Below, in pieces: positions 9,199-19,848 of a stretch of 64,000 nt of DNA (position 1 is its first letter; each line of letters opens with the position of its first letter). A program made the position numbers and the translations under genes. The notes beneath the pieces are model-generated. The model was not told the DNA's origin. It ran no database searches and saw only the letters and a program-made list of their open reading frames with translations. The DNA is taken from the NCBI GenBank assembly GCA_963768425.1, contig CAVYHV010000017.1, positions 225,552-289,551 on the forward strand, read 5' to 3'. Source of the DNA: Candidatus Bathyarchaeota archaeon (GTDB lineage Archaea > Thermoproteota > Bathyarchaeia > Bathyarchaeales > Bathycorpusculaceae).

Positions 9199-11841
9199 TT
9201 AAGACGGCTTAACAGCCGACGGTTTTTCAGTTTTCTTTTTGTTTGCGTAGCTAGCCGTGAATAGCGCGATGATGGCAACCGTGGCGATACCGACAACTCC
9301 TAGGACTAAGTCATGTCCAACTGCAACGTTGTTTGATGAAGTGGCGCTTGAAGGTTGCTCAGTGATGCCTTCGGTGAAGCAGTAAATGTTCCAGTCGTTG
9401 CATCCGATGTAAAGCATTCCGTTGGCAATTGCTGGCGATGACCAGCTGCTTGATGGACTGTAGCCTGTTGCGATTTTTTCACCGTTTTTGGTTGTGTCTA
9501 AGATGAGGATGTGGCGTTCGCTGGTTGCCATGTAGATTTTGCCATCAGCGTAGGATGGAGAAACGTATAGTTCGTCGCCTGTGTAGGCGCTCCAGAGTTC
9601 ATGTCCGTTGGCTGCGTTGAGGCAGGCGATGTTGAATATGTCGAGTATGTAGAGGTTGCCGTTTTCGTAAATTGGGGAGGAAACGATGAATTCGGTGGCT
9701 CTGGTGTTGATGAAATCCCATACGAGCTCGCCGGTTTCAGCGTTAACGGCGTAGTATGCTCCGAAGTCTGAGGCTGCAAAAACCATGCCTGCTGCAACGC
9801 ACGGGGATCCAAGCATCTCTGTGCCGCCGAGGAACGAGTGCATATAGGGAATAGTGAAGTTCCACGCCATGTTCCCAGTGGTAGCGTCCAGTTTGTATAG
9901 CATGCCTGCTGAGGGCAGCTGAGAAGTGAAGTAGACTGCGCCGTCTGAGTAGGCTGGAGAACACTCGATGGGTCCACCCGCAGGGGTTTTCCATACCACC
10001 GCACCTGTGTTTGCGTTAAGAGCATAAAGGTTCCCGTCCAAAGAGCCAATGAACACTATACCGCCAGATACCACTGGCGACGATGTAAGCATCAGGTTCG
10101 CGTAGGTGAAGTGTAAGTTGCTGCCGACCGAGGTTTGCCAGTTCAATGCGCCAGTTTGAGCGTTGAGGCAGTAGAGGTAGCCATCGTCACTCTCAATGTA
10201 GAGCATCCCATCTGCAACTGCAGGAGAATCTTCAATTGAGCCGCCTGTGGCGTATTTCCAGACGAGTTTGCCGCTGTATGCGTCGAGGGCATAGACGTTT
10301 TTGTCCTGCGAACCAGCGTAGACTATCCCGTTCACGACAGCAGGCGAAGAGATAACTGAACCATCAGTGGTGAATTTCCAAGCTATCGTAAGGTTTGATG
10401 GACCTTGAGCGGCAGTGGAAGAGTGAGCTGGGTCAGCACGGAACATAGTCCAGTTACTTGCGGCTGAACTTATAATCGGCGTCAAAGCTGGAGTCGGCGT
10501 TGGCGTAGCTGCCGGGGTTGGGGTGTTTGAGGGAGTGGGTGCTTGGGCTGAGCCACCTATCGCCCATAGTTCATTATTCGTCGAGTACTCTGTACCCGAT
10601 GTTGTGTCCACAGCCGCCGTTACGTTCCCTGGAATAATGTACAAGTTCCCATATGCTACAATCGCGGATTCGCGAGGAGCTAGCGCTTCAATAGGAAGCG
10701 TCCATATGGTTTGTCCGTTGTAAGCGTTAATACAAGCGTACTGAGAAATCTGCGCAGGTCCGTTGTACGCTGCGTATTGGCCTGTCGTTACATATATTTT
10801 TCCGTCTGCAACAGTTGGCATTCCCGGCCACAGAAAGTCGTTGTCTGGGCTCTTATACTTCCAGATGAGTGCACCAGTTTTTTCATTTAGGGCGTAGAGG
10901 TAGCCGTCTTTGTTCATTTCGTAAACTGTGCCGTAAGCGATTGCTGGCCCCGTAGTGAAGTACCCGTCAGGATCTGAAGGAGGTGTGTAAGTCCATACGA
11001 TTTTTCCAGTAAGCGCGTCGAAACAGTACATCGTGTTGTCATCTGTTCCGCCTCGGAAGAAGAGACCGTCCGAGTAGGCGCCGTCAAAAATCATGGGTCC
11101 TTTCGTGAGTGTATCCCAGATGATTTTTCCCGTCGTCGCGTTGAGCCCCAACTGCTGGTTTTCAAATGAACCCGCAAAGACCATGCCGTCACCGTAGGTT
11201 GTTCCGATGCCTGCTTGTCCTCCGCCTGGAATGTAGGTTGTCCAAGCCACGGTCGGCGGTTTCGAGGGGTCAGCAAAGTTCCAAGCGACGATGTATGAGT
11301 TGGCTTTTACGTAGAACATTTTAGTTTCTGGGCTGTACACGTTGGAGGTGAAGATTCCTGTATCAGCGCAAAATGATGTGCTGGTCCACAGGATTTTGCC
11401 GGTGGATGGGTCAAGGCAGCTGCCTTCCGTAACCAAGTGGGAAGAATCTATTTCATAGGCTATTGGCCAAGTCTTATTCAAAGGAATTACGGTGCTCCAA
11501 GCAATCTGGCCAGCCTGATTTACAGCAACCATTGAAGTGTTCGTGCCCACGAATATGAGCCCATCGAAGGCTGCTAGGTCGGGTTGGATTCCTGGCACGT
11601 TAGTTTTCCAAAGTATGCTTGGCATGTTAGGTGCCGGTCCTGCTGAGAAGCGGGTAAATGATTCATCTCCCTGGAATTGGGGCCAATCATACTGATTCAA
11701 GTTTGTTGAAGTTGTGCCACTAGTCGACTGAGCCCTTGCATTCAGTTGGAGGGTTGATATTGAGGCGAAAAACGAGGAAACAAGAAGCAGACTTAGAATG
11801 GATATGACTAGGATTTTTTTGCGGATCAATAGCACCTCCAA
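9199..11841 (-). CDS. PQQ-like/BamB-type beta-propeller repeat surface protein (two propellers, C-terminal TM anchor)
   Basis: Signal peptide; WPQFQGD and WTMFRAD closure motifs; repeated YALxAxTGxxxW; PT linker; C-terminal TM + KKK. Confidence 0.88.
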   Translation of the reverse strand: MEVLLIRKKILVISILSLLLVSSFFASISTLQLNARAQSTSGTTSTNLNQYDWPQFQGDESFTRFSAGPAPNMPSILWKTNVPGIQPDLAAFDGLIFVGTNTSMVAVNQAGQIAWSTVIPLNKTWPIAYEIDSSHLVTEGSCLDPSTGKILWTSTSFCADTGIFTSNVYSPETKMFYVKANSYIVAWNFADPSKPPTVAWTTYIPGGGQAGIGTTYGDGMVFAGSFENQQLGLNATTGKIIWDTLTKGPMIFDGAYSDGLFFRGGTDDNTMYCFDALTGKIVWTYTPPSDPDGYFTTGPAIAYGTVYEMNKDGYLYALNEKTGALIWKYKSPDNDFLWPGMPTVADGKIYVTTGQYAAYNGPAQISQYACINAYNGQTIWTLPIEALAPRESAIVAYGNLYIIPGNVTAAVDTTSGTEYSTNNELWAIGGSAQAPTPSNTPTPAATPTPTPALTPIISSAASNWTMFRADPAHSSTAAQGPSNLTIAWKFTTDGSVISSPAVVNGIVYAGSQDKNVYALDAYSGKLVWKYATGGSIEDSPAVADGMLYIESDDGYLYCLNAQTGALNWQTSVGSNLHFTYANLMLTSSPVVSGGIVFIGSLDGNLYALNANTGAVVWKTPAGGPIECSPAYSDGAVYFTSQLPSAGMLYKLDATTGNMAWNFTIPYMHSFLGGTEMLGSPCVAAGMVFAASDFGAYYAVNAETGELVWDFINTRATEFIVSSPIYENGNLYILDIFNIACLNAANGHELWSAYTGDELYVSPSYADGKIYMATSERHILILDTTKNGEKIATGYSPSSSWSSPAIANGMLYIGCNDWNIYCFTEGITEQPSSATSSNNVAVGHDLVLGVVGIATVAIIALFTASYANKKKTEKPSAVKPS

Positions 11842-12055
11842 TTGTTAATTACTTGCGCATCTCTGATTAAGAGGTTAACGCTTTGGCACACGTCTCTTTA
11901 TGTTTGGTTTCACTATAAACTTTACGGAAACACCTTTGCTTGCATCTTTCCGCTGCAAAATTGCAGAAAAATGCTGTTTCAGCGAAAAATGCAAACTTGA
12001 GAGGTTACCGCACAATCTTTTTTAAGTTGAAACGAAACCTTAACTTAAATAATGA

Positions 12056-13153
12056 ATGGGCGAGAGGGTGGATTTTGGCTTGACGAATAAGGGTCCTTTA
12101 CTTATGACTTCTTGGAGGGCAACTGGCGCATGTAACGCCCGCTGCAGATACTGCAACGTTGACGCCACAGGCGCCAAAGCCCCCAGGGAACTCACAACTC
12201 AAGAAGCCTTCCACCTTGTGGATGAAGTGACAAAATTCGGCGTTCGCTGGTTCGGCATCAAAGGCGGCGAACCACTCACACGCCCAGACATCTTTGAAAT
12301 CACCAAATACGCCAAAAGCAAAGGCCTCAACGTCTGTCTCCTCACCAACGGCGCCTTCGTCGACGGCTCTATCTACGACAATCTGGTCAGAGACCAAATC
12401 TGGACCAGCGTCAGCATTGACGGACCAGAAGAAATCAACGATCAACTCCGAGGCAAAGGCAGCTACCGCAAGGCGTTAGCCGCCATCGATAAACTTAGCA
12501 AGGGCAAAATCCTCAACGGCTTAGCCTGCGCCATAACCACCATAAATTACCAGCATCTCGACCACGTTTGCGAGTTGGCTGAGAAGTATCACGCGAACTT
12601 TGTCTGGTTCAACCACCTTGTCCCCAGCGGAAGAGCCAAGGAAATGGAGGACCTTACCCCCTCGCCCGAACAGTACGAGTGGGTACTTAACCATATTTGG
12701 GACCTCACCGAAAAATATGAGGGCAAATTCGAAATCCACGTCCACTGCCCCCACTTCGCCCGAGTCGTCAAAATGCGCGGCATCCCAAACTTCGATGAAT
12801 GGTACGAACATAAGTTCCACGGCAAATGCACCTACTTCGCTTTCGGCGGCTACGTGTCCGTCACGGAGAACGGCGACCTCATCCCATGCTTCTACACCGA
12901 TCTCACACCAACCGAACACCAGCGGCTAGGCAACATCCGAAACAAATCGTTGCAGGACGCCTGGAAAGAAGTTAAAGCCTCACCGTTCTACAGCAGCTTC
13001 CAAGACCGCAACCTACTCAAGGGCAAATGCGGAGTATGCGAGTACCGTGACCTCTGCGGAGGATGCAGAAACCGCGCGTACGCTTATACAGGCGACATGT
13101 ATGCTGAAGACCCCGCTTGCGCTTATATCCCTGAAAGCCTCCGTAAGAAGTAG
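12056..13153 (+). CDS. Radical SAM/SPASM-domain protein (NirJ/AhbD/PqqE superfamily)
   Basis: CNARCRYC, GGEPL; SPASM motif CGVCEYRDLCGGCRNRA...DPAC. Confidence 0.92.
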   Translation: MGERVDFGLTNKGPLLMTSWRATGACNARCRYCNVDATGAKAPRELTTQEAFHLVDEVTKFGVRWFGIKGGEPLTRPDIFEITKYAKSKGLNVCLLTNGAFVDGSIYDNLVRDQIWTSVSIDGPEEINDQLRGKGSYRKALAAIDKLSKGKILNGLACAITTINYQHLDHVCELAEKYHANFVWFNHLVPSGRAKEMEDLTPSPEQYEWVLNHIWDLTEKYEGKFEIHVHCPHFARVVKMRGIPNFDEWYEHKFHGKCTYFAFGGYVSVTENGDLIPCFYTDLTPTEHQRLGNIRNKSLQDAWKEVKASPFYSSFQDRNLLKGKCGVCEYRDLCGGCRNRAYAYTGDMYAEDPACAYIPESLRKK

Positions 13154-13222
13154 CCCCGACTTTTCCCACATTTAAAAGAAAACCTCTTTATTCCATAAGA
13201 CCCGAGTTAAATAGGAGCAGAA

Positions 13223-15499
13223 ATGAAAGCAGCAGCCTTTATTTTGACTGTGCTGTTTTTGGTTTGTGCCGTTTTGGGAAGCGCCGCTTCTGCAAGCCAA
13301 CAAAGTCCCATTGCTTGGCCGATGTTTCATGGCGACCTCACCCATTCAGGCAGTTCCAACTCGGCGGCTCCGACGACGAATGCGACTTTGTGGAAATTCA
13401 ATACGGGCGGGCAGGTGGATTCGCCAACGGTTGTCGGCGGAGTAGTTTACGTGGGTTCGTTTGACCATAAAATCTACGCTTTCAACGCGTCAGATGGCTC
13501 AACCATTTGGAGTTACAAAACGGGCGGAGTAGTGATTTCCCGTCCCGCTGTCGTCAACGGCGTCGTCTACGTGGGTTCAGAAGACCACAACCTCTATGCC
13601 CTAAACGCCGCAACAGGCGCAAAACTTTGGAATTACACAACTGGATACTACGTTGACTGCGATCCAGCTGTCGCCAACGGGATAGTTTACTTTGGGTCTG
13701 AAGACCACAACGTCTACGCCCTAAGCGCTGTTACAGGAACATACTTATGGAACTACACAACTGGAAACAAAATTATGTTGTCCTCACCAGCGGTGAGCAA
13801 CGGAATAGTTTACATAGGATCAGAAGATGACAAAATCTACGCCTTGAACGCCTATAACGGCAACTACATATGGAGTTATGCGACAGGCAACCAAGTCGTT
13901 TCTTCACCATCTTTAAGCGGCGGGGCAGTTTACATAGGTTCAGATGACGGCACAGTCTATGCTTTGGACGCGGTTAGCGGCAAACCGATTTGGAAATTTT
14001 CATCTGGTGCGGCAGTCTACTCATCACCTTACGTAAGTAATGGGATAGTTTACGTGGGTTCAACAAACAGCAAAGTGTATGCGCTGAACGCTTTAAACGG
14101 AAAGATTGTTTGGGATTTTATAACGGGCGGTGCAGTTGCTTCTTCCCCAACATGCGTCGGAGGAACTGTTTACGTTGGGTCGGAAGATAGCAGGGTTTAC
14201 GCTTTGAACGCTGCAAACGGAGGATTGCTTTGGAACTACACGACTGGCGACATTGTGATTTCACATCCAGCTTTGGCGCAAGATCTGATTTATGTTGGCG
14301 GATGGGATGGCAAACTTTACGCTTTAAACGCTGCGGACGGCAAACTCGTTTGGAGCTTTGCAACTGGAGGGGAGATCGATTCGTCCCCGACTGTCTCCGG
14401 GGGTTTAGTGTATGTAGGTTCGCATGATGGCTCAGTATACGCTTTGAATGCTTCCACGGGAATGGTTGGTTACAACTTGGAAATGCACAACAACGTTGTC
14501 TGGAGCTACACGACCCAAGGCATGATTCTGTTTTCATCTCCAGCGGTGGCCGACGGCATGGTTTTCGTGGGTTCCTACGATGATAACGTTTATGCATTAA
14601 ACGCTACGACAGGTGCTTTCATTTGGAGCTTCAAAACTGGCGACCCCGTGGTTTCTTCGCCCGCCGTAGAAAAAGGCGTGGTCTACTTTGGCTCAGAAGA
14701 TCACAAAGTCTATGCATTAAATGCTTCTAACGGCTCGTTGGTTTGGCAGTTCGCTACCCTCGGTCAGATAACCGTGTCTTCAGCTGCAATCAACGATGGC
14801 AAAGTTTACATCGGCTCTAACGATGGAAACGTCTACTGTTTGGATGCTTCAAATGGAGCTATAGTCTGGAAATATGCAACTGAGGGATACGTGGTTTCTT
14901 CCCCTGCGATCGCGAATGGTGTGCTTTACGTTGGTTCATACGACAATGAAATTTACGCCCTAAATGCATCAAGCGGGAAGCTTATTTGGAAATACGCCAC
15001 AGGAGGCAGCATTGCATCGTCGCCTGCAATAGCAAACGGCTTAGTCATTGTAGGGTCAGGGGACAACAAGGTTTACGCGCTGGATGCATCCGACGGCAAA
15101 CTCGTCTGGACCTATACAACTGGCGGGCAAGTTGCCTCTTCCCCAGCGGTGTCAAATGGAGTGGTCTACGTTGGCTCCTATGACGGCAATATTTACGCTC
15201 TTAACGCCAAGACAGGCGCATACATTTGGAGCTTTGCAACAGGGGAAATGGTGGTTTCGTCACCCGCCATAGCCGACAACGCGGTTTACGTCGGCTCATA
15301 TAATAACATGCTCTACGCGTTCGGTTCATCATCAACCGGTGCACCAACCAAATCGGAGACCTTGCAGCCAACAATTGTTTTGTTAGTTTTTGTGATAATA
15401 GTGATAATTCTCGCTTTAATCCTGCTGCAGGTAATCGGTCCTTTTAGAAAGAAGAAAAAGCGGCTTATTTTTCGACGAGTTCAGCTTTGGCTATGTTGA
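13223..15499 (+). CDS. PQQ-like beta-propeller repeat surface protein (16 blades, C-terminal TM anchor)
   Basis: 16 copies of an ~40-aa unit WxYxTGxxVxSSPAVxxGxVYVGSxDxxVYALNAxxG; signal peptide; TM + RKKKKR. Confidence 0.9.
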   Translation: MKAAAFILTVLFLVCAVLGSAASASQQSPIAWPMFHGDLTHSGSSNSAAPTTNATLWKFNTGGQVDSPTVVGGVVYVGSFDHKIYAFNASDGSTIWSYKTGGVVISRPAVVNGVVYVGSEDHNLYALNAATGAKLWNYTTGYYVDCDPAVANGIVYFGSEDHNVYALSAVTGTYLWNYTTGNKIMLSSPAVSNGIVYIGSEDDKIYALNAYNGNYIWSYATGNQVVSSPSLSGGAVYIGSDDGTVYALDAVSGKPIWKFSSGAAVYSSPYVSNGIVYVGSTNSKVYALNALNGKIVWDFITGGAVASSPTCVGGTVYVGSEDSRVYALNAANGGLLWNYTTGDIVISHPALAQDLIYVGGWDGKLYALNAADGKLVWSFATGGEIDSSPTVSGGLVYVGSHDGSVYALNASTGMVGYNLEMHNNVVWSYTTQGMILFSSPAVADGMVFVGSYDDNVYALNATTGAFIWSFKTGDPVVSSPAVEKGVVYFGSEDHKVYALNASNGSLVWQFATLGQITVSSAAINDGKVYIGSNDGNVYCLDASNGAIVWKYATEGYVVSSPAIANGVLYVGSYDNEIYALNASSGKLIWKYATGGSIASSPAIANGLVIVGSGDNKVYALDASDGKLVWTYTTGGQVASSPAVSNGVVYVGSYDGNIYALNAKTGAYIWSFATGEMVVSSPAIADNAVYVGSYNNMLYAFGSSSTGAPTKSETLQPTIVLLVFVIIVIILALILLQVIGPFRKKKKRLIFRRVQLWLC

Positions 15500-16235
15500 G
15501 AACCGCGAATCCTTTCCTGTGGATCACGTTGCTCTTAAGCACTTTGAGGCGTTTCTTGAACAGCGGAGCGTCGTTGACAAGCGTGTGAAACTCGATGTTG
15601 CTTATGGCAGTGCCCGTTTCCTTGCTCTTGTTTCGAATTGCCTGCAAGAATTCAGCGTCGACTTTTCGGCCCAACCATTCTTCGCCCAGAAAGTCAGTGT
15701 CCACGACAATGATTGTTGCTTCGTAGCCTTTTTGTGTGAAATCCGCCAGGTTCTGGTCTTCCCCCTTTCCTTTCAGCGGGAAAATCATTTTGACCTTTAG
15801 CTCTTCGCATATTGGAGTAAGCATAGACATGTGGACGGCGGCTTGGTCTTCTTCAGCGCCCCAAGCGATTCCTTCGACAGGAGGGTTTAGCTTGCTGATT
15901 GTTGCTTTGAATTGGTCCACAAACCCTGCCATGGAGATTTCGGGTTGAACAAGTGGAAGACCCATTGCCTTTGCCTGCAACGCGATAATTTCAGGGTTGA
16001 CTTCGTGTGGGACATCCTTGTAAGGCTTCATCTTTGACAGCTTCATTAGAACCGAACCCGCTAGGCTCTTGATCCTATTTGGTTTGGGTCGTTCGGCTTC
16101 TTTGAATACGAAGTTAATCAGCGAAGTAACGTCGTTTCCTTCTGAGATAGCGCCTTGACATGCAAGGTAGCTGTCTTTACCCCCAGTCCACATTGAGGCA
16201 ACTCTCAAAATCTTCCCCGAAGAAGCGTCACCCAC
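15465..16235 (-). CDS. Diphthine--ammonia ligase (Dph6/ATP_bind_4)-like PP-loop protein, divergent
   Basis: WTGGKDS PP-loop; HEVNPEIIALQAKAMGLPL; WLGR; EFHTLVNDAPLFKKRL. Confidence 0.8.
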   Translation of the reverse strand: MGDASSGKILRVASMWTGGKDSYLACQGAISEGNDVTSLINFVFKEAERPKPNRIKSLAGSVLMKLSKMKPYKDVPHEVNPEIIALQAKAMGLPLVQPEISMAGFVDQFKATISKLNPPVEGIAWGAEEDQAAVHMSMLTPICEELKVKMIFPLKGKGEDQNLADFTQKGYEATIIVVDTDFLGEEWLGRKVDAEFLQAIRNKSKETGTAISNIEFHTLVNDAPLFKKRLKVLKSNVIHRKGFAVLNIAKAELVEK

Positions 16236-16315
16236 ACCTTATAAAAATGTAACGGTTAACGTTAATCATAAGTTGAAAGCTTTAGCTAAACCTCATCGCG
16301 CCTGTATCAATCAAC

Positions 16316-16353
16316 TGTATATGCAAAGTGTATATGCAAAATGTATATGCATT
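16316..16353. repeat. 3x 13-bp tandem repeat TGTATATGCAAA(G/A)
   Basis: tgtatatgcaaag tgtatatgcaaaa tgtatatgcatt, in a divergent intergenic region. Confidence 0.8.
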
Positions 16354-16648
16354 GACCCGACCGGGTAGGCTTGTACACACAAGAGGTGACCCCCTACCTA
16401 CCGGACCTAAGCGCCTAGTTTTTTTAAGGTGACTGGGTCATTTCGTTTTGACCAAAGTATGTGCAGGTTTTAGAATTTAATAGTCTTTGGTCAAAGTGTC
16501 GTTGGAAAGCAGGTTAAGGTGCTCAGTTTTCTTTCTTTAACCTAACCCGCGCGTTTAGCAAAAGGTTAAAATCCAGAAAATAATATGCTTAAGAACTATA
16601 TTCCAGTCAGAACGAAAATCATTCTATTAACGCAGCCAAACGTGTATC

Positions 16649-18056
16649 GTGATGAAAACAACTAAAACAAAGATAGCCCTCGTGAACACCCCGCTCCTTG
16701 AAGGAGCCGGCGACCACCCGCTTTTCCCACCTCTTGGCTTAGCATACATGGCGGCTGTGCTGGAACAAAACGGCTTTGAAATAAAAGTTTTCGACTGCCC
16801 CATCTATGGGATAGACCATGAGAAGCTTAAGGCGGAGTTAAGCGTTTTCCAGCCGACCATAGTGGGAGTAGGCGCCATGACGCAAACGTTTGAGTCAGCT
16901 CTAAAGACCGCGTACGCTGCGAAGGAAGCTTGTCCCGACGCCAAAGTAGTGATGGGCGGACCACATGCGACGTTTCAAGACAAAGAAATCCTCTCTCAAG
17001 AAAAAGTAGTCGACATAATCGTGAGAGGCGAAGGCGAAGAAACCCTTCTGGAACTCGCGAAGCAACCTGAACTGCAAAACATCAGCGAGATTAAGGGCGT
17101 AACTTTCCGAAAGGACAACCAGATTGTCCAAACGCCAACCCGACCCTTCATCCAAAACCTAGATGCTCTGCCACGCCCTGCATACAAGCAGATTCCGATC
17201 GAAAAATACCGAATCAACGGAAAAAGGATTCTTCCAGTAATTTCAAGCAGAGGATGCCCATTCCAATGCTCCTTCTGCGTTGCGTCCGAAATGTTCGGTC
17301 GAACGTTCCGCGCAAGAAGCCCAAACAATGTGCTTGACGAGATTGAATGGCTCAAAAACGAGTTTGGAGCGGAAGGAATACAGTTCCAAGATGACACGTT
17401 GACTTTCGACAAGAAAAGAGCCATCGACATCTGCGACGGAATGATTGCAAGAAAAATCAATCTGAAGTGGGGCTGCGGAACCAGAGCGGACGTGACCACC
17501 AAAGAGCTCTTAGCCAAGATGCATAAGGCTGGCTGCGAGGAAATCTGCTTCGGCGTCGAATCGGGATGCCAAAGAATCCGCGACTCTTTGAAGAAGAAGG
17601 TTACGACGGAGCAGTGCGTAAACGCCATCAAATGGGCTAAGGAAGCAGGCATATTCGTTACTGTATCCATTATCTTGGGTTACCCAGGGGAGACAAAGGA
17701 GACGCTCAAGGAAAGCTTGGATTTTGTCCGAAAAGTGGAGCCCGACAGCGTTTGGCTAAACATCCCAACACCTTACCCAGGAACGGAACTACGTGCCCTG
17801 GTGCAGAGTCACGGCTGGAAGATGACGGACGACTGGAACCGATACAACACGATGAACCCCATTTTTGAAGACCCCGACCTGCCATCAGAAGTAGTAACCA
17901 AGGCTAGGCAGGACTTTTACAATCAATTCTATTCAGTAAAGTACTTCATGCGTCAAGCAGTGAAAGGATACCTGCAAAGGCAGCGTATACAGTAAGATCA
18001 TGGCTCGAACCGCAGCAAACTACATTCTTATGAGAACCAAAAGAAGCAAAGTCTAA
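16649..18056 (+). CDS. Cobalamin-binding (class B) radical SAM enzyme; 1-bp insertion near 17975 alters the C-terminus
   Basis: PPLGLAYM, GGPH, SRGCPFQCSFC, GVESG. The shifted frame KGSVYSKIMARTAANY...* (stop 18054-56) matches HSQIMAR in the paralog at 7726. Confidence 0.9.
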
Positions 18057-18186
18057 GGCGCTTGGTAACCAATAGCTTGCCGAATCAAATTGTGCTTTTT
18101 TCGGAGACCTACGGTGCACAAGCACTTTTTACATAACATTTATTATGTTATCGAACCGTTTTAAAGGTAAAATCGAGGGGACTTGG

Positions 18187-19489
18187 ATGTCAAAAGCCGC
18201 TGCGCTTAAAAGTAGCACGTCGGAAGTTTACGATTCACGGGAAAACTGGCCACCTTACACTTACAGAGATTACCCAGGCATTAAACCTGAAATGTACCAC
18301 GCCTTCATGGATTTCCTTAATACTGAGAATAAATCAGGCAGATTGATGGAGTTGCAACCGTGGATCTCTGTCTGCGACTCAAGATGCGCATTTTGTTATT
18401 TTCCAACCACAGCCACGAGCAAGGTGAAGATAGAGCCATATCTTGAACTGCTCAAGAAAGAACTAGAAATGTATGCTAAGACCAAATATGTGAAGACCAG
18501 CGTTTTTGACGAAATAGTTTTAGGTGGCGGAACACCAAGCGTTTTGGCTGCTGAGCAGATGATTGACCTCATCGACTTCTGCAAGGCGAACTTCAACATA
18601 AACAAGGAATATTTCATCAAAGTAACTGGTTCATCAAAGACTCTTGCGCTTCCAAAAATCGAAAAACTCGCCAAATACGGTGTCTACCAAATGGATATGG
18701 GTGCGCAAACATTCGACGACAAACTCCGCAAAATGCTTTGTTTACCCGATTCTGCGGCGGACGTTGAAAAAGCTATTCGGTATGCACGTAAACTGGGCTT
18801 ATGCGTGTGTGCAGATTTAATGTATAATCTTCCGGGACAAACCATGGAAAGTTGGATAGATACCCTGAAGAAAACAATTGAGCTTGATGTGGAAGTTGAT
18901 GCTTACTCGTTGCATGTAGACCCCGGCACGACACTTGAAAAAATGATTAAAACAGGCGTTTCGCCGCCCACAGGAGATGCCGAATATGAGAAGCAAATGT
19001 ATCTAACAGCCTATCAGATGCTTACAGGCGCTGGGTACAAGGCAGTGGGGCACGACCGATACAGCAGAGTAGAGTGGCACATGCGGGAAAACTGCCTGAA
19101 CGGTTGGCCGTGGGGCGGAATTTTGACGACAGGCGCGGGCTGCTTCATGGGATACTTGCAAAAGTTTAGTTACTCTAACATCGAAAACATAAACGATTAC
19201 ATGGCAACGGTCAAAGAGGGAAAACTGCCAATAAGTAGAGTTATCCGAATCCACAAACGAGGACATGATGAGGCGAACGATGACTCGGCTGTACTTACGG
19301 TTACCAGTCAGCAAGAAAGAGTTTATGGAAAAATTCGGAACAACACCTGAAAAAGTCTTCCCGAAACAGCTTCAAAAACTCAAAGACAAGGGACTCATAG
19401 AAATCAACGACAAAGAAATCAGGATAACGAAGTTGGGTGAAATCTGGAAAGGCAACATAGCTTGGGAATTCGCACCTAACCAAACCTGA
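18187..19489 (+). CDS. HemN/HemW-like (class C) radical SAM protein; split by a 1-bp insertion near 19240
   Basis: CDSRCAFC, LGGGTPS, GAQTFDD, DLMYNLPGQT. ORF 19265..19489 is a HemN_C-type tail (KLKDKGLIE...ITKLG). Confidence 0.85.
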
Positions 19490-19848
19490 TTTTCACTTGC
19501 ACTTTCGCGTTTATCTTTTTCAATCAAATTGTTTTTCAAGCTCTCAGCCAAAAAACAATTGAAACAACCCTGCGGTACGGGACCTAGTTTGATAACATCG
19601 TCGATTCAGGTGCGAAATGGTCTACACCTATTTTTACGTGGTTCTTTTTTTTTCTGAATGGGCATTGGAAATCTCTTGAGCTTAATTTCGGCTACAAGCC
19701 AAAAAGCAATCAGACCCAAGTACTTTTGATAACAACTTACCCCACAATGGGAAGCCAGTATTTGTGACAAAAACCACCCAAAACTGAAGCCAGAACTGAG
19801 GGTTCCAAAAATTTCGGAAATTAAAAAAGAAAGGGAAATAGGGATTTT

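Noticed and set aside
9199-15499. PQQ biosynthesis or quinoprotein dehydrogenase cluster
   Set aside because: No pqqA/B/C/D genes; the propellers look like generic BamB-type repeats without recognisable dehydrogenase motifs.
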